A DNA stretch of 64,000 bases. Origin: an uncultured Planctomycetota bacterium. Lineage in GTDB: Bacteria > Planctomycetota > Planctomycetia > Gemmatales > Gemmataceae. Numbering within the stretch: position 1 is the stretch's first letter; each line of letters opens with the position of its first letter. The stretch covers positions 64,001-128,000 of the forward strand of contig CAWKHF010000011.1 in NCBI GenBank assembly GCA_963849325.1. Reading direction: 5' to 3'. Of this stretch, positions 1 to 11,439 are shown piece after piece. Position numbers and translations under genes: made by a program. The notes under the pieces were generated by a model that saw only the letters and a list, made by a program, of their open reading frames with translations, was not told where the DNA came from and made no database searches.

Positions 1-146
1 AGAGTACACGTGGCATCCATCTGAGATACCACATGAATTTGGCCGGCCGAACCGAATACCTCGCGGAGGGCCTGCAGAGCGAGACGGTTGCAATACTGAA
101 TCCCCCCATAGCCCAGAAGGTCGGGAGTCACAAAGAGTATTTGCAT
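1..146 (-). CDS. Glycosyltransferase (GT4-like), 5' end only; runs off the window
   Basis: ATG at 146 reads MQILFVTPDLLGYGGIQYCNR, a typical GT-B N-terminus; co-oriented with the polysaccharide locus. Confidence 0.55.
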   Translation of the reverse strand, partial: MQILFVTPDLLGYGGIQYCNRLALQALREVFGSAGQIHVVSQMDATCT

Positions 147-231
147 CGAGGGAACGCGCGATGAGGATTCAACCGGTTTTTGCCGCCGAACCGAGTGGTA
201 GATCAAGAGGTCTAAAACGGCCGTTATAGAA

Positions 232-1053
232 TTAGGAAGAAGTGTCCTTAACAGGCAGATACGGATTATCGGAGGGATTGCGGCCCCTCATAATAAATAC
301 GATCCACCGATAAAACGCGATTCCCGTGACGTTTTTCGCCAGCCAATCCGCACCTTCGGGAAAACTGGCGAGCGTTGTCCAGCGTAACTCAGGAACGCCG
401 CGCGGCCAATAGAATACTTTATCGATAATTTTTTTCAGACGATTGACGGTTCGCAACCTTGTATCGTCAACCGCTCCTCCGGTATCTTCGATAACATAGA
501 TACCGTGGTCGGACATTCGGGGAAATAGATAGTTGAAAGTCCTAATTTGGTGCTCGACGACGTGGCTGCCGTCATCGATGACGACATCAAGACCACTACC
601 GATTTCGCTTACACAAGCACTTAAAAAGGAAAGATCCGACTGGTCCCCAATAAAGATTTTCACCCTTCCGGTCTCATAGTCTTTACATTTTGGATTAATG
701 TCAACTCCGTATACGGCCGCGTTCGGGAAGAATTCTTCCCACATGCGGATGGATCGATCCGATTCGACGCCGATCTCCAGAACGGTTCGTACTCTTTCGC
801 GAACGTCACGAAGATGCAGCCAGTAGTACGTTAGATAATTATGTAACCTTTTCGTAGGTTTGTACTTTTCTCCCAGTTCGGTCAATGGATTGGGAGAAGA
901 AACCCAATTCGGATACGGACTGGGAACGGATTGCGCCGGAAGAGAAGACGTTTGAATTTGCGGCACCGGGTAGTAATTTTGGTGCATATACGAAAGCCAA
1001 GTCTTGGCTCCAGAGGGTAGTATTGTCCTCGCCAGGCGTCGCAACAACGACAT
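232..1053 (-). CDS. Class I SAM-dependent methyltransferase, probable sugar O-methyltransferase
   Basis: Motifs HNYLTYY, VLEIGV, SIRMWEEFFP, IFIGDQSD, DVVIDDGSH, IYVIED; ATG at 1053 preceded by GGAG. Confidence 0.8.
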   Translation of the reverse strand: MSLLRRLARTILPSGAKTWLSYMHQNYYPVPQIQTSSLPAQSVPSPYPNWVSSPNPLTELGEKYKPTKRLHNYLTYYWLHLRDVRERVRTVLEIGVESDRSIRMWEEFFPNAAVYGVDINPKCKDYETGRVKIFIGDQSDLSFLSACVSEIGSGLDVVIDDGSHVVEHQIRTFNYLFPRMSDHGIYVIEDTGGAVDDTRLRTVNRLKKIIDKVFYWPRGVPELRWTTLASFPEGADWLAKNVTGIAFYRWIVFIMRGRNPSDNPYLPVKDTSS

Positions 1054-1066
1054 AATCGGAGCTCCG

Positions 1067-2285
1067 TCATCGAATGACAATGCGATTGGACACAATCGCA
1101 ATGAATAGGGGGCCGCTCATCGAAAACAGGATCAGAATGCCGATTACCCGGATTGGCTGCACTTCGGAATGGAGTCGTTCGATGAGAATCCTCCAACTCC
1201 GCGGAGGCGGCGTCCACATCGACCCTTTGGGCCGACGCCCGGACCACCTCTCTGCTTATCCGGGCCTCCGCGAGAGAGTGGAGCGCTTGGGCGATGGCCT
1301 GCGGGTCGCCGATCGGGACGAGTTGCCCCGAAACGCCGGGGACGACTAGTTCGTGGGCCGCTCCGACGTTGACGCCGGCAACGACCGGCACGCCGCACGC
1401 CAGGGCCTCGGCCACACTGATCTCCCAGGCGGCCGGATCTGCCAGATGAACGAAGGCATCGGCTGCTCCGTAGTAACCAGGCAACTTCTCGTAGCGGACA
1501 TAACCGGGCAGCCGAACGGCGTTCTGAAGCGAGAGAGATTGGATCGTCGCCTCGACCTGAGGGCGCAAAGGCCCGTCGCCGATAAGGACGAGAAAGGCCG
1601 CAGGCACAAGCTTGCGCAGTAGAGCAAACGCTTTGAGCAAAAGCAGGGGATTTTCTCGCGTCGACCACTTCTTGACCGCCAGCACGAGGAATACCCCCTG
1701 TCCCGCTTCGGCGCGGATGGTTTGCGAAATGGCTTGTTGGGACTTCATGTTGGTTTGCCACCAGCGCACGTCGATCGGATAGAACCAGCGTGCGATGCGT
1801 TCTCGCCTCACGCCCGCACTCTCCAGAGAGGCAATGCCAAGGGAGCCGGTCGTCAAGAAGCCGTCAAATACATGGTTCTTGATGATGCGATGCCAGAGGG
1901 CAGACGGCCGGAGCGCTTGCAAACCGGAGGGGATCGGGTCGATTTTGTCCGTTGACAGAATGATCGGGATGCGCCGTCGCTTCCCCGCCCAGACCGCCAG
2001 CCACGCGGCTCGGCCCGTCCAGCCGTAAGTCAGAATGGCGCTCGGCGCGGGCTGGAGGTTTTGCAGCCGCGCGACGATTTCTCGTTGGTCGATCACCTCC
2101 GACCGATGACGGGCGTTGTCTGGCGTCGGCCAGGACACCGATCGCTGTATCTCGGTGTCGCGCGGCGCTGTCCCTTGTAAATACCAGACGAGAGGTTCGA
2201 CCTTGCCCCGATCGGCCATTCGCGCCCACAGAAAGGGATCATACTGAGTCGCATGCTTCAGGATGCAGACTAAACGATGCGTCAT
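1067..2285 (-). CDS. Glycosyltransferase family 4 (frameshift near 1190; 3' end inferred)
   Basis: LVLIGDGPLR, YYGAADAFV, WEISVAEALACGVPVV. The ORF to 882 overlaps the next gene; a shifted frame stops at 1067. Confidence 0.8.
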
Positions 2286-2292
2286 GGTTTTT

Positions 2293-3111
2293 TTAACGAG
2301 AAGTAGGCTGACAGTACCAAACGGAACGAAACCGTCTCATGGAGAAGCCGTTGCGTTGCAGGGCGCGGGAGACCAGCTCCAGGTTGGACGGCCCGTGTAT
2401 TTCGATGATGAGCAAATCCACCGCCGACAACCAGGTCTCCGGACTCGAAGAGAAAACCAGCTCTTCGGCACCCTCGATGTCCAGTTTCAAAATGCTAACC
2501 CGTGGGATCAGGTACTCCTTTAGCAGAGTAGGTATACTGACTCCTTCCACGGCAAAGCCCTCGGCCCGGACGGACGCACCCGTGGAATCCCCGCCGAACC
2601 GGAGTTGTTGGTCGGTCCCGCACAGCGCCTTTTGGAGCAGCACGGCGCGCTCGCCGTAAGGACGGAGGTTATCACACGCCAGCGCATAATTGGAAGGATC
2701 GGGCTCCAGGGCAATGACTTTCAGCCGTGGGAACCGCGACAGGAAGTAGGCCGCCGTATCCCCGATATTCGCCCCGGCATCGATCATGAACCCCGGGTCG
2801 GCAGGTGATTGAAAGTCACCGTATTCTTCTCGGATGATGTTGTTGACCACCGTGGCTACGTCCTCGGTGCCGGGCCGGACGAGGATTGGGAACCGGATGT
2901 TACGAAGGGTGACTGGGACCGCCGCAGAGGGCCCGGGCGAACCTGTCCGCAACCGCCTGAGCAGGGAATAGGTTTTCAGGCCCTCTTTGGACCAGACGGA
3001 GAGCAGGTCGAGCGCGGACGCGCCGGCACCATACAGCCTCGTGTTGTAGCCAAGGGCACTTCGAATCACCCGACGAATACCTTCGATCCTCAAGGCCCGG
3101 TCCCCTTCCAA
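2293..3111 (-). CDS. FkbM family methyltransferase
   Basis: IDAGANIG, ALEPDPSN, ILKLDIEGAE, LIIEIH. Confidence 0.85.
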   Translation of the reverse strand: MEGDRALRIEGIRRVIRSALGYNTRLYGAGASALDLLSVWSKEGLKTYSLLRRLRTGSPGPSAAVPVTLRNIRFPILVRPGTEDVATVVNNIIREEYGDFQSPADPGFMIDAGANIGDTAAYFLSRFPRLKVIALEPDPSNYALACDNLRPYGERAVLLQKALCGTDQQLRFGGDSTGASVRAEGFAVEGVSIPTLLKEYLIPRVSILKLDIEGAEELVFSSSPETWLSAVDLLIIEIHGPSNLELVSRALQRNGFSMRRFRSVWYCQPTSR

Positions 3112-3122
3112 ATATTAAGCGG

Positions 3123-4370
3123 TTACCGCTGTTTGCTCAGGATTTCCATGACGAGATTTCGAAAAGCGGCGCGATAGTGGTCCCAGGTCCAACGTTGGGC
3201 CAGATCGTATGCTGCCCGGCCCATCTCCGCTGTCTCGGCGGGTCGAGAGAGCAGACGGTCAAGAACGGCACCAAGGGCGGCGTCATCCCCGTGCGGGTAG
3301 ATCAACCCTTCCTGACCCTGGGTGATGAATCCTGGTGCGCCGGTGTGGGTGCTGGCGATTACGGGCAGGCCATAAGACAGGGCTTCGTTCATAACAAGCC
3401 CGAAGCCATCCGCGGCCGAGGGAAAAACAAACACCCTGGCGGTCGCGTAGTGAAGAGATAATTCGCTCCACGGGAGAGAAGGAATGTGCTCGTAAAGGCC
3501 TGCGAAGTCGGCGAACGCTGCTGCTGGCAGTAGAGGCTTTCCGATCAATCGCAGGGTGTGTGTGCGATGAGCGCCCAAGCGCTTCCATACCCTCAGGAGC
3601 CGAAGAGTACCCTTTTGCAGGCTGAGACGGCCGGTACACAACACGATGGGCTTACGAGTCGGGGTGGCCCGAGCGAGCCGGGTACTTGGCGCACAGCCGT
3701 AAGGGATGATGGTGATTCGCTTCTCCGGAATGCCGATCTTCTGGAGACTCGACCGAACAAAGGGGGACGCCACGACGATGTGATCCGCCAGGAGGGCTTC
3801 CTGGTCCTTGCGTCTTAGCCGCCTGCGGGTGTACTCCGCGCGGCAGTCATACGAAACACTTGCCTGGGGGAACTCGGCCAATTCGGTAGCCATGATCTCT
3901 CGCCGGGTCGCGTAATGCGGGGTCGGCAAATCGTACAAACACATACGGCCAGCCGATTTCGCGACCTGGAATAAGCGGAGAACAGCGTCTTCGCGACCCA
4001 TCACGAGCCGGATCCCCCGATCCAGCTGCCGGCTCGCCTCACGGCCTAGCGCGGCCCCCCAGAAGTCACTACCGGCAGGATCGACGCCAACCGCTCCGAG
4101 CCATTGACCGAGACGCACCCATGATTCGCTCCAGGGGTGGCAACTCATCGCACCCTTGGAAATGTTACGCAACACATGGTTCTGGGCGCGAGGAAGGAAC
4201 CGCGTACCGGCAAACCGATCGAGGAACCCAAGCACCCGTGCGGCCTTCCCTTCCCCATGGAAGGCCAGCGAGCAGACCAACCGGCGCAGCAACCGTCCTT
4301 CCACCAGGGCGGAAACATAGTTTCGGACGTCCTGAGACAAAGTAAGGCGCAACACATAAAACAGATGCAT
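3123..4370 (-). CDS. Glycosyltransferase family 4
   Basis: GRLSLQKG, VFVFPSAADGFGLVMNEALSYGLPVIAS. Confidence 0.9.
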   Translation of the reverse strand: MHLFYVLRLTLSQDVRNYVSALVEGRLLRRLVCSLAFHGEGKAARVLGFLDRFAGTRFLPRAQNHVLRNISKGAMSCHPWSESWVRLGQWLGAVGVDPAGSDFWGAALGREASRQLDRGIRLVMGREDAVLRLFQVAKSAGRMCLYDLPTPHYATRREIMATELAEFPQASVSYDCRAEYTRRRLRRKDQEALLADHIVVASPFVRSSLQKIGIPEKRITIIPYGCAPSTRLARATPTRKPIVLCTGRLSLQKGTLRLLRVWKRLGAHRTHTLRLIGKPLLPAAAFADFAGLYEHIPSLPWSELSLHYATARVFVFPSAADGFGLVMNEALSYGLPVIASTHTGAPGFITQGQEGLIYPHGDDAALGAVLDRLLSRPAETAEMGRAAYDLAQRWTWDHYRAAFRNLVMEILSKQR

Positions 4371-4463
4371 TCATCGAACGACTTTACGAGTCAAGAATGT
4401 TGAGTAACCGTTCACGGGGGACGCGATTCACGCCCGGCATCCACGCCGTCTGAGTCAACGAAC

Positions 4464-5736
4464 TCAAAACGTCTCGGACTTGGAGGGAAGTTGGGCTTTA
4501 CCTTTATCCGCATCGAGGAAGAGCATCCGTCCCCTTGCGGTCGGGCCAAATCGGTCTGGTCCCACAAGCAGCCGCGTGCAGACCCTTCGTACCAACTCAG
4601 TCTTCGCCTCTGTCATCCAGGCGAGAAAAGCAGCGATACCGAGGGTCAAGGCGATGATCGCCACGTACAAGCTGAAAGAAGTCGGACTGAGCACCCACCG
4701 TTCGGCGCCAGGGACGCACCCTCGGCAGAAAACCAAGATCGGCAAATGGACGACATAGAGCGTAAAGGAGAAACCGGCGATCCGGGCGGCCAGTCGGGAA
4801 TAAACCGACTCAGGGCAGAGTGAACGGTAGTGAAGGAGGCAATAAACGACGAAAAAGAACGCGAGAGTGGGCAAGAGTTCCGCTCCGACAAGCCCGGTCA
4901 GGATTTTTTGCCGCACCAACATCAGCGCAGGCAAAGGTCAGTATGCTAAGTCCCGTAGCCGCGCGGAGCCTAGTGGGCTTGCCGGACAAGCACTGGGGCA
5001 GCAGAGGCAGGGCGGCCCCTAAAAGCCAAACTAGGAAGTAGAAAACGTGGTTCCGGCCGAGGAAAACGAGCAGGATAGTCATCAGAAGGAAACCGGCAGC
5101 CCGTCTCCACAATGGCAGCGGGAAAACGATCGAAACAACGAGCAGAGGAAAGAGGGCGTAGTACCAACATTCGTTGCTAAGGCTCCACAGGGCGGAATTC
5201 GATCCCAACGGCGGGAACGCCACGGTCTGTAGCGCGCATAGATTGCCGAGCACAATCTGTTGCCCAAGCCGCGCCTCGACAGGACAGGGCACAGCGTTCG
5301 AAAGCGTTCCCTGGTAGACGGGACTGTCGGCGAACAGGAACAGACCCAGCCAGTCGAGGGCCAGCGTCAGCAACAGGCCAGGAACGAGGACCAGATAGAT
5401 GCGGCAGCCGCGGTCGATCCCATAGGAAGACCAGGACCAGGCGCCGTCTCTGCACTTTTTATATACACTGGCGGAAATGAAAAAACCGCTCAACACGAAG
5501 AACACCAAGACGGCCTCGTGCCCAAGACCTGTGACAGCGTAAATGAACTTTCCGACCCAACCTACCGGATCGCCTTGGCTGTAGTCACGGAAGAACAAAC
5601 TGCGGCCGTGGCCGAGGACCACAAGAATAGCAGACACGCCACGGACTGCATTCAGGTGGATGGCGACGGCCGTCCCACGCTCGCTGGCGACGATACCGAA
5701 GCCGCTCAACAAATTGGGTGAACGCTGTCGCGTCAC
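4464..5736 (-). CDS. Acyltransferase family 3 (OafA-like O-acyltransferase), frameshift ~4930
   Basis: HLNAVRGVSAILVVLGH, VFFVLSGFFI, LWSLSNECWYY in ORF 4810-5871; FSFTLYVVHLPIL in ORF 4464-4934; GTG at 5736 after GAGG. Confidence 0.85.
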
Positions 5737-5746
5737 GTCAGAATCC

Positions 5747-7160
5747 TCACGCCTCAGTCTCGAAGCCTGGACGAAGTTCGGATACGGGATCGGACATTGT
5801 CGAGTACAGAGATGGCACCCGACGCAGAGCATTGCGGCTGGACGGGCGGATCCTGCCCGCTTCCACTTCAAAGGTCGCCAGGACCATCACTCCGACTGTC
5901 CAGGCATAGAAGCAGCCTACATGGTTGAACACCAGCAGATTGCCCACGAAGAAGAAGCCGAGAGTCAACAGACTGGTCGCTTGTAAATTCGGGAACAGGG
6001 AATGAGGTTGAAATCGCTCCCGAATGAAGGCCTGCCAAACCTCCAACAGAAACGCCATACGTATGATCAACACTCCCAACAATCCCACGAACCCGACCTC
6101 GACAATGATCCGCCCATATTCCATTTCAAACAAGGCCTCCTTTGGTAGCTCTCCTGCTCCACCCGCACTTTGAGTCTCGCAAGTCTGGCACCGACCGAGG
6201 CCGAGTCCGAACGGTGCAACCTCCAGAGCGCCAAAGAAATGATCGATATACATCTGGATCCGCTGCTCCATCGAATCCGCTTTCGAATGTCGGCGGAAGG
6301 TTTCGGTAGCCAGTCCGGGTTCACCGTCCGTGATCGCATCGAAGGAAAGAATCGGCCATACCGGAAGGACGAGGGCCACGAAGAGTGCGATGATCCAGGG
6401 CCCGCCGCGACTCAGAATGATAGTACCTGCCAGCACGATCAGGGAAGCGAACAGGCCTAGGCGAGAGATGGCGGCTGCGGCACAACTGAGAGCAGCGACG
6501 AGGATGGCGATTCCCAACAGCTTGGACTTCCGACCCGAGAAAAAAAAGGAGCAGGCTGTCCACGTCCCAAGCACGGACAAATCCATCATCCCGCCGATGT
6601 ACACGAATGGCCCACAGGCGCGACACGTGCGAATCGGACTCGAGGACATGGTGCTGGTCATCGAGCTGCCGATTCAGAAAGTGGGAAGGCGGGACGTTGA
6701 ACTGAATCGCGCCAAGCAGGGCGGAGCCGACGCAGAGCACCCCGATCACCTTGCCAAGAAACTCCAGGTCGCGGACCTTCCCCACGGCGGGTGCGATGAC
6801 GAGGGCCAGGAGGGGCATTCCAATCATCGCTTTGAAAGACACGATCCCTCCGATTAGCGCTATGTCGAAGAGGTGGCTCAGGATCCCAACCACGATGAGG
6901 CCCACCCCCAAAAGAAAGGGCGAGCGCAGCCCGATGACCTGCTCAGACGATTCCCTGTGGCGCGAGGCGGTCAGCGCTGCCAGGATCCAGAACACGTCCT
7001 TGGCAAAATAGGTGATCGCCTGAACCGCTCCTCCCGAATTGGGCAGTACCCACTTCCGCACCACTCCGTCCAGGGTGCAGCAAATGAGACCGGCGGCAAG
7101 CAACTTGGCCGTCAGGGAAATCGGAACGACCGCGGACGTAGGACCGGATTGTTGCGGCAC
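5747..7160 (-). CDS. Polytopic membrane protein, putative polysaccharide polymerase / O-antigen ligase (Wzy-like), frameshift ~6640
   Basis: Many TM segments, periplasmic loop with PFGLGLG and EMEYGRIIVEVGFVG; located inside the glycan locus. Confidence 0.7.
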
Positions 7161-7166
7161 CTCGAT

Positions 7167-8327
7167 CTACTCCCTTTTGCATCCTGAACCAGCTTCCCCG
7201 TCAACGGCAAAGAGTTGCATTCTCTCCACAGCTTCCCGAGCCAGTCGGTCCCAGCTGCAGGTTTGCTCCACGTGTCGCCGCAACATTTTTTGCCGGCAGC
7301 TTGTTTCCGGAGAACGAACGGACGACCAATCCCACTCTTCCGCCGAAAAGACAGGAAGTTCCTGGTCGTCCTTATCGACAGGGCCCGGTGGAACAATGAC
7401 AGCCAGCCCGGCAGCTCCGAATGCCTTGAACGCGGTACTTTTTCCCAAATCACTGCGCGGTGTGGCGCAAAGGCCAACGTCGCAACACGCCAGGATCTCG
7501 GCGACTTCCTTGGTCGGGCGGTAGCCGAGGACCTCAAAGGAGGCCGGGCGGGCGAATTTCCTACGCCACTCGGAAAACGCTCCCGGGGGCTGAAGGCTGT
7601 CGCCGCCGAGGCAGATGATCCGATCCAGTCCGCGGCCGAGGCCGCGCGTTAGCAGATCTTCAAAAGTCCTCAAAGCCATAAGCTGAGTCCCGAAGGAACC
7701 AAAGGCCGCCGCGACAACCTCGCCGTCCTCCCAACCAAGCCTCTTCCGCCCTGTCTGCCGCTGTTGGGGTGTAGCCGGCTCGATCGGAATGTTGGTGCCG
7801 ACAGGAAGCAGGAAGGCGCGCTCCGCTGGGATCCCATATTCCGCAATGGCCTGTTCCCGGTAGCGAGCGATGGAGGCGAAAACCACGTCCCCCAGGCGAG
7901 CCACGGTCCCCACGGTGTAACGCTGCCACGGCGACAAAAGCGGCCCCTTGATTCCCAGCTGATGAGGACGGCAGTGGGTCTCGTGAAGGTAGATCGCCAG
8001 GCGGACTTTTCCCACCGAATGCCTCAATCCGCGCAGGGCCTTCCCGAGCAGATAGGGAGCCCCCCAGCGGGAATAGCCGTAACCGGAGACCTGGACCCAA
8101 AGCCAGTCGGGGTTTTGCCGGTCAACACATTCCCGCAGCGATTTCTTCCCTCCATCCCAGAAATCCACCTCTCCCTCGGGAAGATCAAACTCCGTTTGTC
8201 GATCTTGGTGGATAAACCCAACTCTTACACCCTGACCCAGCATGGTCTCGGCCATCCTTTGGGTGTGGTCCCCCACGCCGCATACCCGGGGTGGAAAACG
8301 CGGGGCCAGAAAGGTTACCTTGATCAT
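7167..8327 (-). CDS. Glycosyltransferase (GT4-like)
   Basis: FPPRVCGVGDHT N-terminus; EILACCDVGL...GKSTAFKAFGAAGLAVI. Confidence 0.8.
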   Translation of the reverse strand: MIKVTFLAPRFPPRVCGVGDHTQRMAETMLGQGVRVGFIHQDRQTEFDLPEGEVDFWDGGKKSLRECVDRQNPDWLWVQVSGYGYSRWGAPYLLGKALRGLRHSVGKVRLAIYLHETHCRPHQLGIKGPLLSPWQRYTVGTVARLGDVVFASIARYREQAIAEYGIPAERAFLLPVGTNIPIEPATPQQRQTGRKRLGWEDGEVVAAAFGSFGTQLMALRTFEDLLTRGLGRGLDRIICLGGDSLQPPGAFSEWRRKFARPASFEVLGYRPTKEVAEILACCDVGLCATPRSDLGKSTAFKAFGAAGLAVIVPPGPVDKDDQELPVFSAEEWDWSSVRSPETSCRQKMLRRHVEQTCSWDRLAREAVERMQLFAVDGEAGSGCKRE

Positions 8328-8407
8328 GCCTTGTTCCGCTGCCCCATCGACCTCGCCTGGCTATTCGCGCCGCGACATTTCAAGTGGAACGGCATAGCAG
8401 TTCATAA

Positions 8408-8496
8408 GAGGCTCTAACAAAATGTGGCAACACGTTTTCAACGTGTTGGATTGTACGGCACGTTACAAACGTGCCGCCACATTCGGTTCGTGCCTC
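8408..8496. mobile_element. 89-bp MITE-like element, copy 1
   Basis: GAGGC...GCCTC terminal inverted repeats, TAA on both flanks (8405-8407, 8497-8499); 88/89 identical to 15291-15379 in reverse orientation. Confidence 0.8.
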
Positions 8497-8540
8497 TAAG
8501 CGCCACGAAACCGGGCTTGTCGGCAAAACGTGAGGGTCTC

Positions 8541-9679
8541 TTACTTTCGCATTTGGGTCTGGGCAATTGCGGCGCTCGCGGCCCTCAAGAACTGGTCTGC
8601 CGACCGCCTCCAGGAAAATGATCGCGCCTTCTCTCGGGCGGCCGCGCCGAGACGAGCTACAAGGGCTGGCTCCTCGATGAGTCGGAGGATACACGCGGTC
8701 AGGGCATCCGGCTCGCCTGGTTCGACCAGCATCCCATTCTCCTCGTGGCGGATGAAGTCTTTCATTCCACAGGTGTTCGTGGTCACGAGGGCCAACTCGG
8801 CGGCAGCGGCTTCGAGAAGGCTGAGCGGTTGGCCCTCGAACACCGAGGGAAGCAGGAAAATGCGATGGACCTGCAGTATCCGCGCCAGTTCCTTATCATC
8901 CTGGATCAAGGGGACAACCCGAATGCGATGGTGAAGTTCGCGTGGAAAACATGCAAGGACTTTCTCGATTGGCACCCGGACCCCGGCCAAGGTCACGGGA
9001 GTCGCGGGGTGTTTCTCGAGCACTCGAACGACGGCGGGAACCAGATCGAGGGTTCCCTTTCGCTCCATCCAGGTAGCGACGAACAGGATGCCCGTCGGAG
9101 CGCCATCATCGTCCCGCTTCAGGTCGAACAAGGAAGGAGATGCCGCTCCATGCAGGAAACTGATTCGCTCGGCGGGAACATGCAGCTGGCACCGTATATA
9201 TTCCGCGTCCTCCTCCGTTTCGACGGTGATGTGGTCCGCGTGCCGAAGAGCATAATTCGATTGCCACAGCACCGGCAAAGAGCCGATCCGCTGCTTGCAC
9301 GTAATCGGCAACCCCTTCTTGCGCATAAGCGTACATCAGCTTCCGTCCCCGGGCCTCCACGCCATAGACACACACAAGGAGCGGGGGAAGCGCCCGGTCG
9401 AACCGGCGGGCGAAGGCATACGCCGCGGCGATCGGTTCATGGATTTCCACCGCATCATACTTGTGCCCTCCCGAGAGCCTTTCCCGGACGAGCCGGACGA
9501 CGGCTCGGGGAAGGGCGAAGCGGCGGAGTCGTCCCGTGGTCCGGCAGGGGATGTGGTCGTGAAACGCATGGTCGATCCCATGCCCCTCGGCACGAAGTTC
9601 ATCCGAGACGAAATGGATGTACCGCGACATTCCGCCAAGACGATCGTCCGGGATGTCGGCGACGCGCAAAAAAATTCAT
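8541..9679 (-). CDS. Glycosyltransferase family 4 (frameshifts at the A7 run ~9670 and ~9330)
   Basis: RVADIPDDRLGGMSRYIH; FLLPSVFEGQPLSLLEAAAAELALV. Confidence 0.85.
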
Positions 9680-9711
9680 GAAGTCCCCAAAATGTCCGTC
9701 TTACATAGCAA

Positions 9712-10552
9712 TCAAAAGGTTGCCCGAGCAGGATGCCAGTAAAGCAAATGACCTTCTTTCACCAGGCAGTTTTCTACCCCGTCCAGGTTCTCCACCCGAT
9801 ATCCCAAGTTCGTCAAGCTGGCGAATCGATCTTCCACTTGCTCTCGACTCAGACCGAGTTCCCGCCAGTAGTGCGGGTGAGTTTCGATGAGGAGGTCCGG
9901 GGTAGATCGTTGGATCGTTTCTCGGGCGCCATCAAGCACGTGCCCTTCATATCCTTCGAACGTCGATCTTGAGGAACGTGGGGACAATCCCGCGAGACTG
10001 ACAAAAGGCGTCCACGGTGGTGACGGGGACAAGCTGAGAGTCTCCGCCGGGAACGGCGGAGGCGGCGACCGAAGCGTGCCCGGGACATTTGGCCGTGTAG
10101 TGGAACAGGATCTCTCCGACGGTGTTTCCGACCGCGGACTGGATTACCTCGACTCGATCCGCTAACTGATTCAGGTTGACGTGATGTCGCAACCTGTCCG
10201 CGGTCTGGATCGCCGGCTCGAAGGCAAACACCTTCCCGGCGGCCCCCACCCATCGCGCCAGAAGCAGAGCGTACATCCCCACGTTCGCCCCCAGATCCAG
10301 AACGACCGCTCCCTCGCGAACACGTTTTTTCATGGCACGGAAGCTGCCCTCGTCTTTGTCCTCGGGAACATCGCGGGCCTGCAGGGAGAAGAACAAGGCC
10401 GGCTCGCCGTGAATGTATCGAGGTATCCCTCCGCGGTAGAATAGGCTGAGCAAACGATGGTACGCGGGGCGAGTCGTTGCGACCATCCAGCCCAATCCCG
10501 TCGAGTTCAACCCCCGCCGCGCCCTCTCGAAGATGCGTTCAACTATATGCAT
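9712..10552 (-). CDS. FkbM family methyltransferase (frameshift ~9960)
   Basis: VLDLGANVGMY, VFAFEP, FLKIDV joined to EGYEGHVLDGA...LLIETHP. Confidence 0.85.
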
Positions 10553-10619
10553 AGGTTGTAGCTACCCGTCGCGGACGCTCCGGTCTAATGAGTTGAGAAA
10601 TATTCAAGACCGGATATCG

Positions 10620-11225
10620 TCATGCTCCGGCCTGAAGCACGGTGAGAGAATCAACCTCATCAATGACGGCGAAGCGAGGGTCCAGCCGGATCACTTCTTG
10701 CGTATACCGAATGCTATCTTGCGGAACGTCCTTGCCCGAGCACGGGCGACTGTCATGGAGAGCGATAATCCCGCCGGACCCAACCAGCGAGGACCATCCC
10801 TTCCAATCGGCATCGATGCCTGCCCACGTGTGGTCCCCATCAATGAAAATAAAATCGATGGGCGGTTGGTCCTGTTCGGCGTACCAGGCCGCCGCATCCG
10901 CTCCGGTCAGGCGGACGAAGCGAACCGCGCCGTTCGCGGATCGCCCGATCGTGTTCCGGGAGATCCGTTCATCCAAACAGAAGCCGAGTCGTCCCGGTGG
11001 AAACGGGTCCACGGCCCAGAGGATCCCGTCCGAGGCCATGTTCCGGCGAAGTTCCAGGGTGGTCACACCGTTGAAGACCCCGATTTCGACCAGGCGGCGT
11101 CGTCCCGTTGCATGTCGTGCCAGGGTGGCTCGTTCGGCGGAGGTCGTCTGCGTCTGAGGCTTCAGGAGACCGCAGTACCAAAGCATGGTTCGGACAGCGG
11201 TTCGGTGTCTGAGATTCAATTTCAC
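10620..11225 (-). CDS. Class I SAM-dependent methyltransferase (Methyltransf_24-like)
   Basis: LVEIGVFNGVT, IDFIFIDGDHTW, GGIIALHDS. Confidence 0.85.
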   Translation of the reverse strand: MKLNLRHRTAVRTMLWYCGLLKPQTQTTSAERATLARHATGRRRLVEIGVFNGVTTLELRRNMASDGILWAVDPFPPGRLGFCLDERISRNTIGRSANGAVRFVRLTGADAAAWYAEQDQPPIDFIFIDGDHTWAGIDADWKGWSSLVGSGGIIALHDSRPCSGKDVPQDSIRYTQEVIRLDPRFAVIDEVDSLTVLQAGA

Positions 11226-11439
11226 GGGAACCTCCGTATGCCATCAGGGGGTGGCCTCATCCGGGCAGGCTCGACCCGATGAATTCCACAGTGTCCCTCG
11301 TCTTGATTGACGGGTGCTGCGATACCCGTCGCTGAAACTCCAGAATGGTGATTCATTCCGTTAGTCGTTATTATTTCAATTGTCTAACCGGAGAAATATT
11401 TGCTATTTATTGTCGATGAAACTTTCCACTTCGCATTTT

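Noticed and set aside
11309-11331. GACGGGT/ACCCGTC hairpin as an IS end
   Set aside because: Short, single-copy, with no target duplication or transposase trace.
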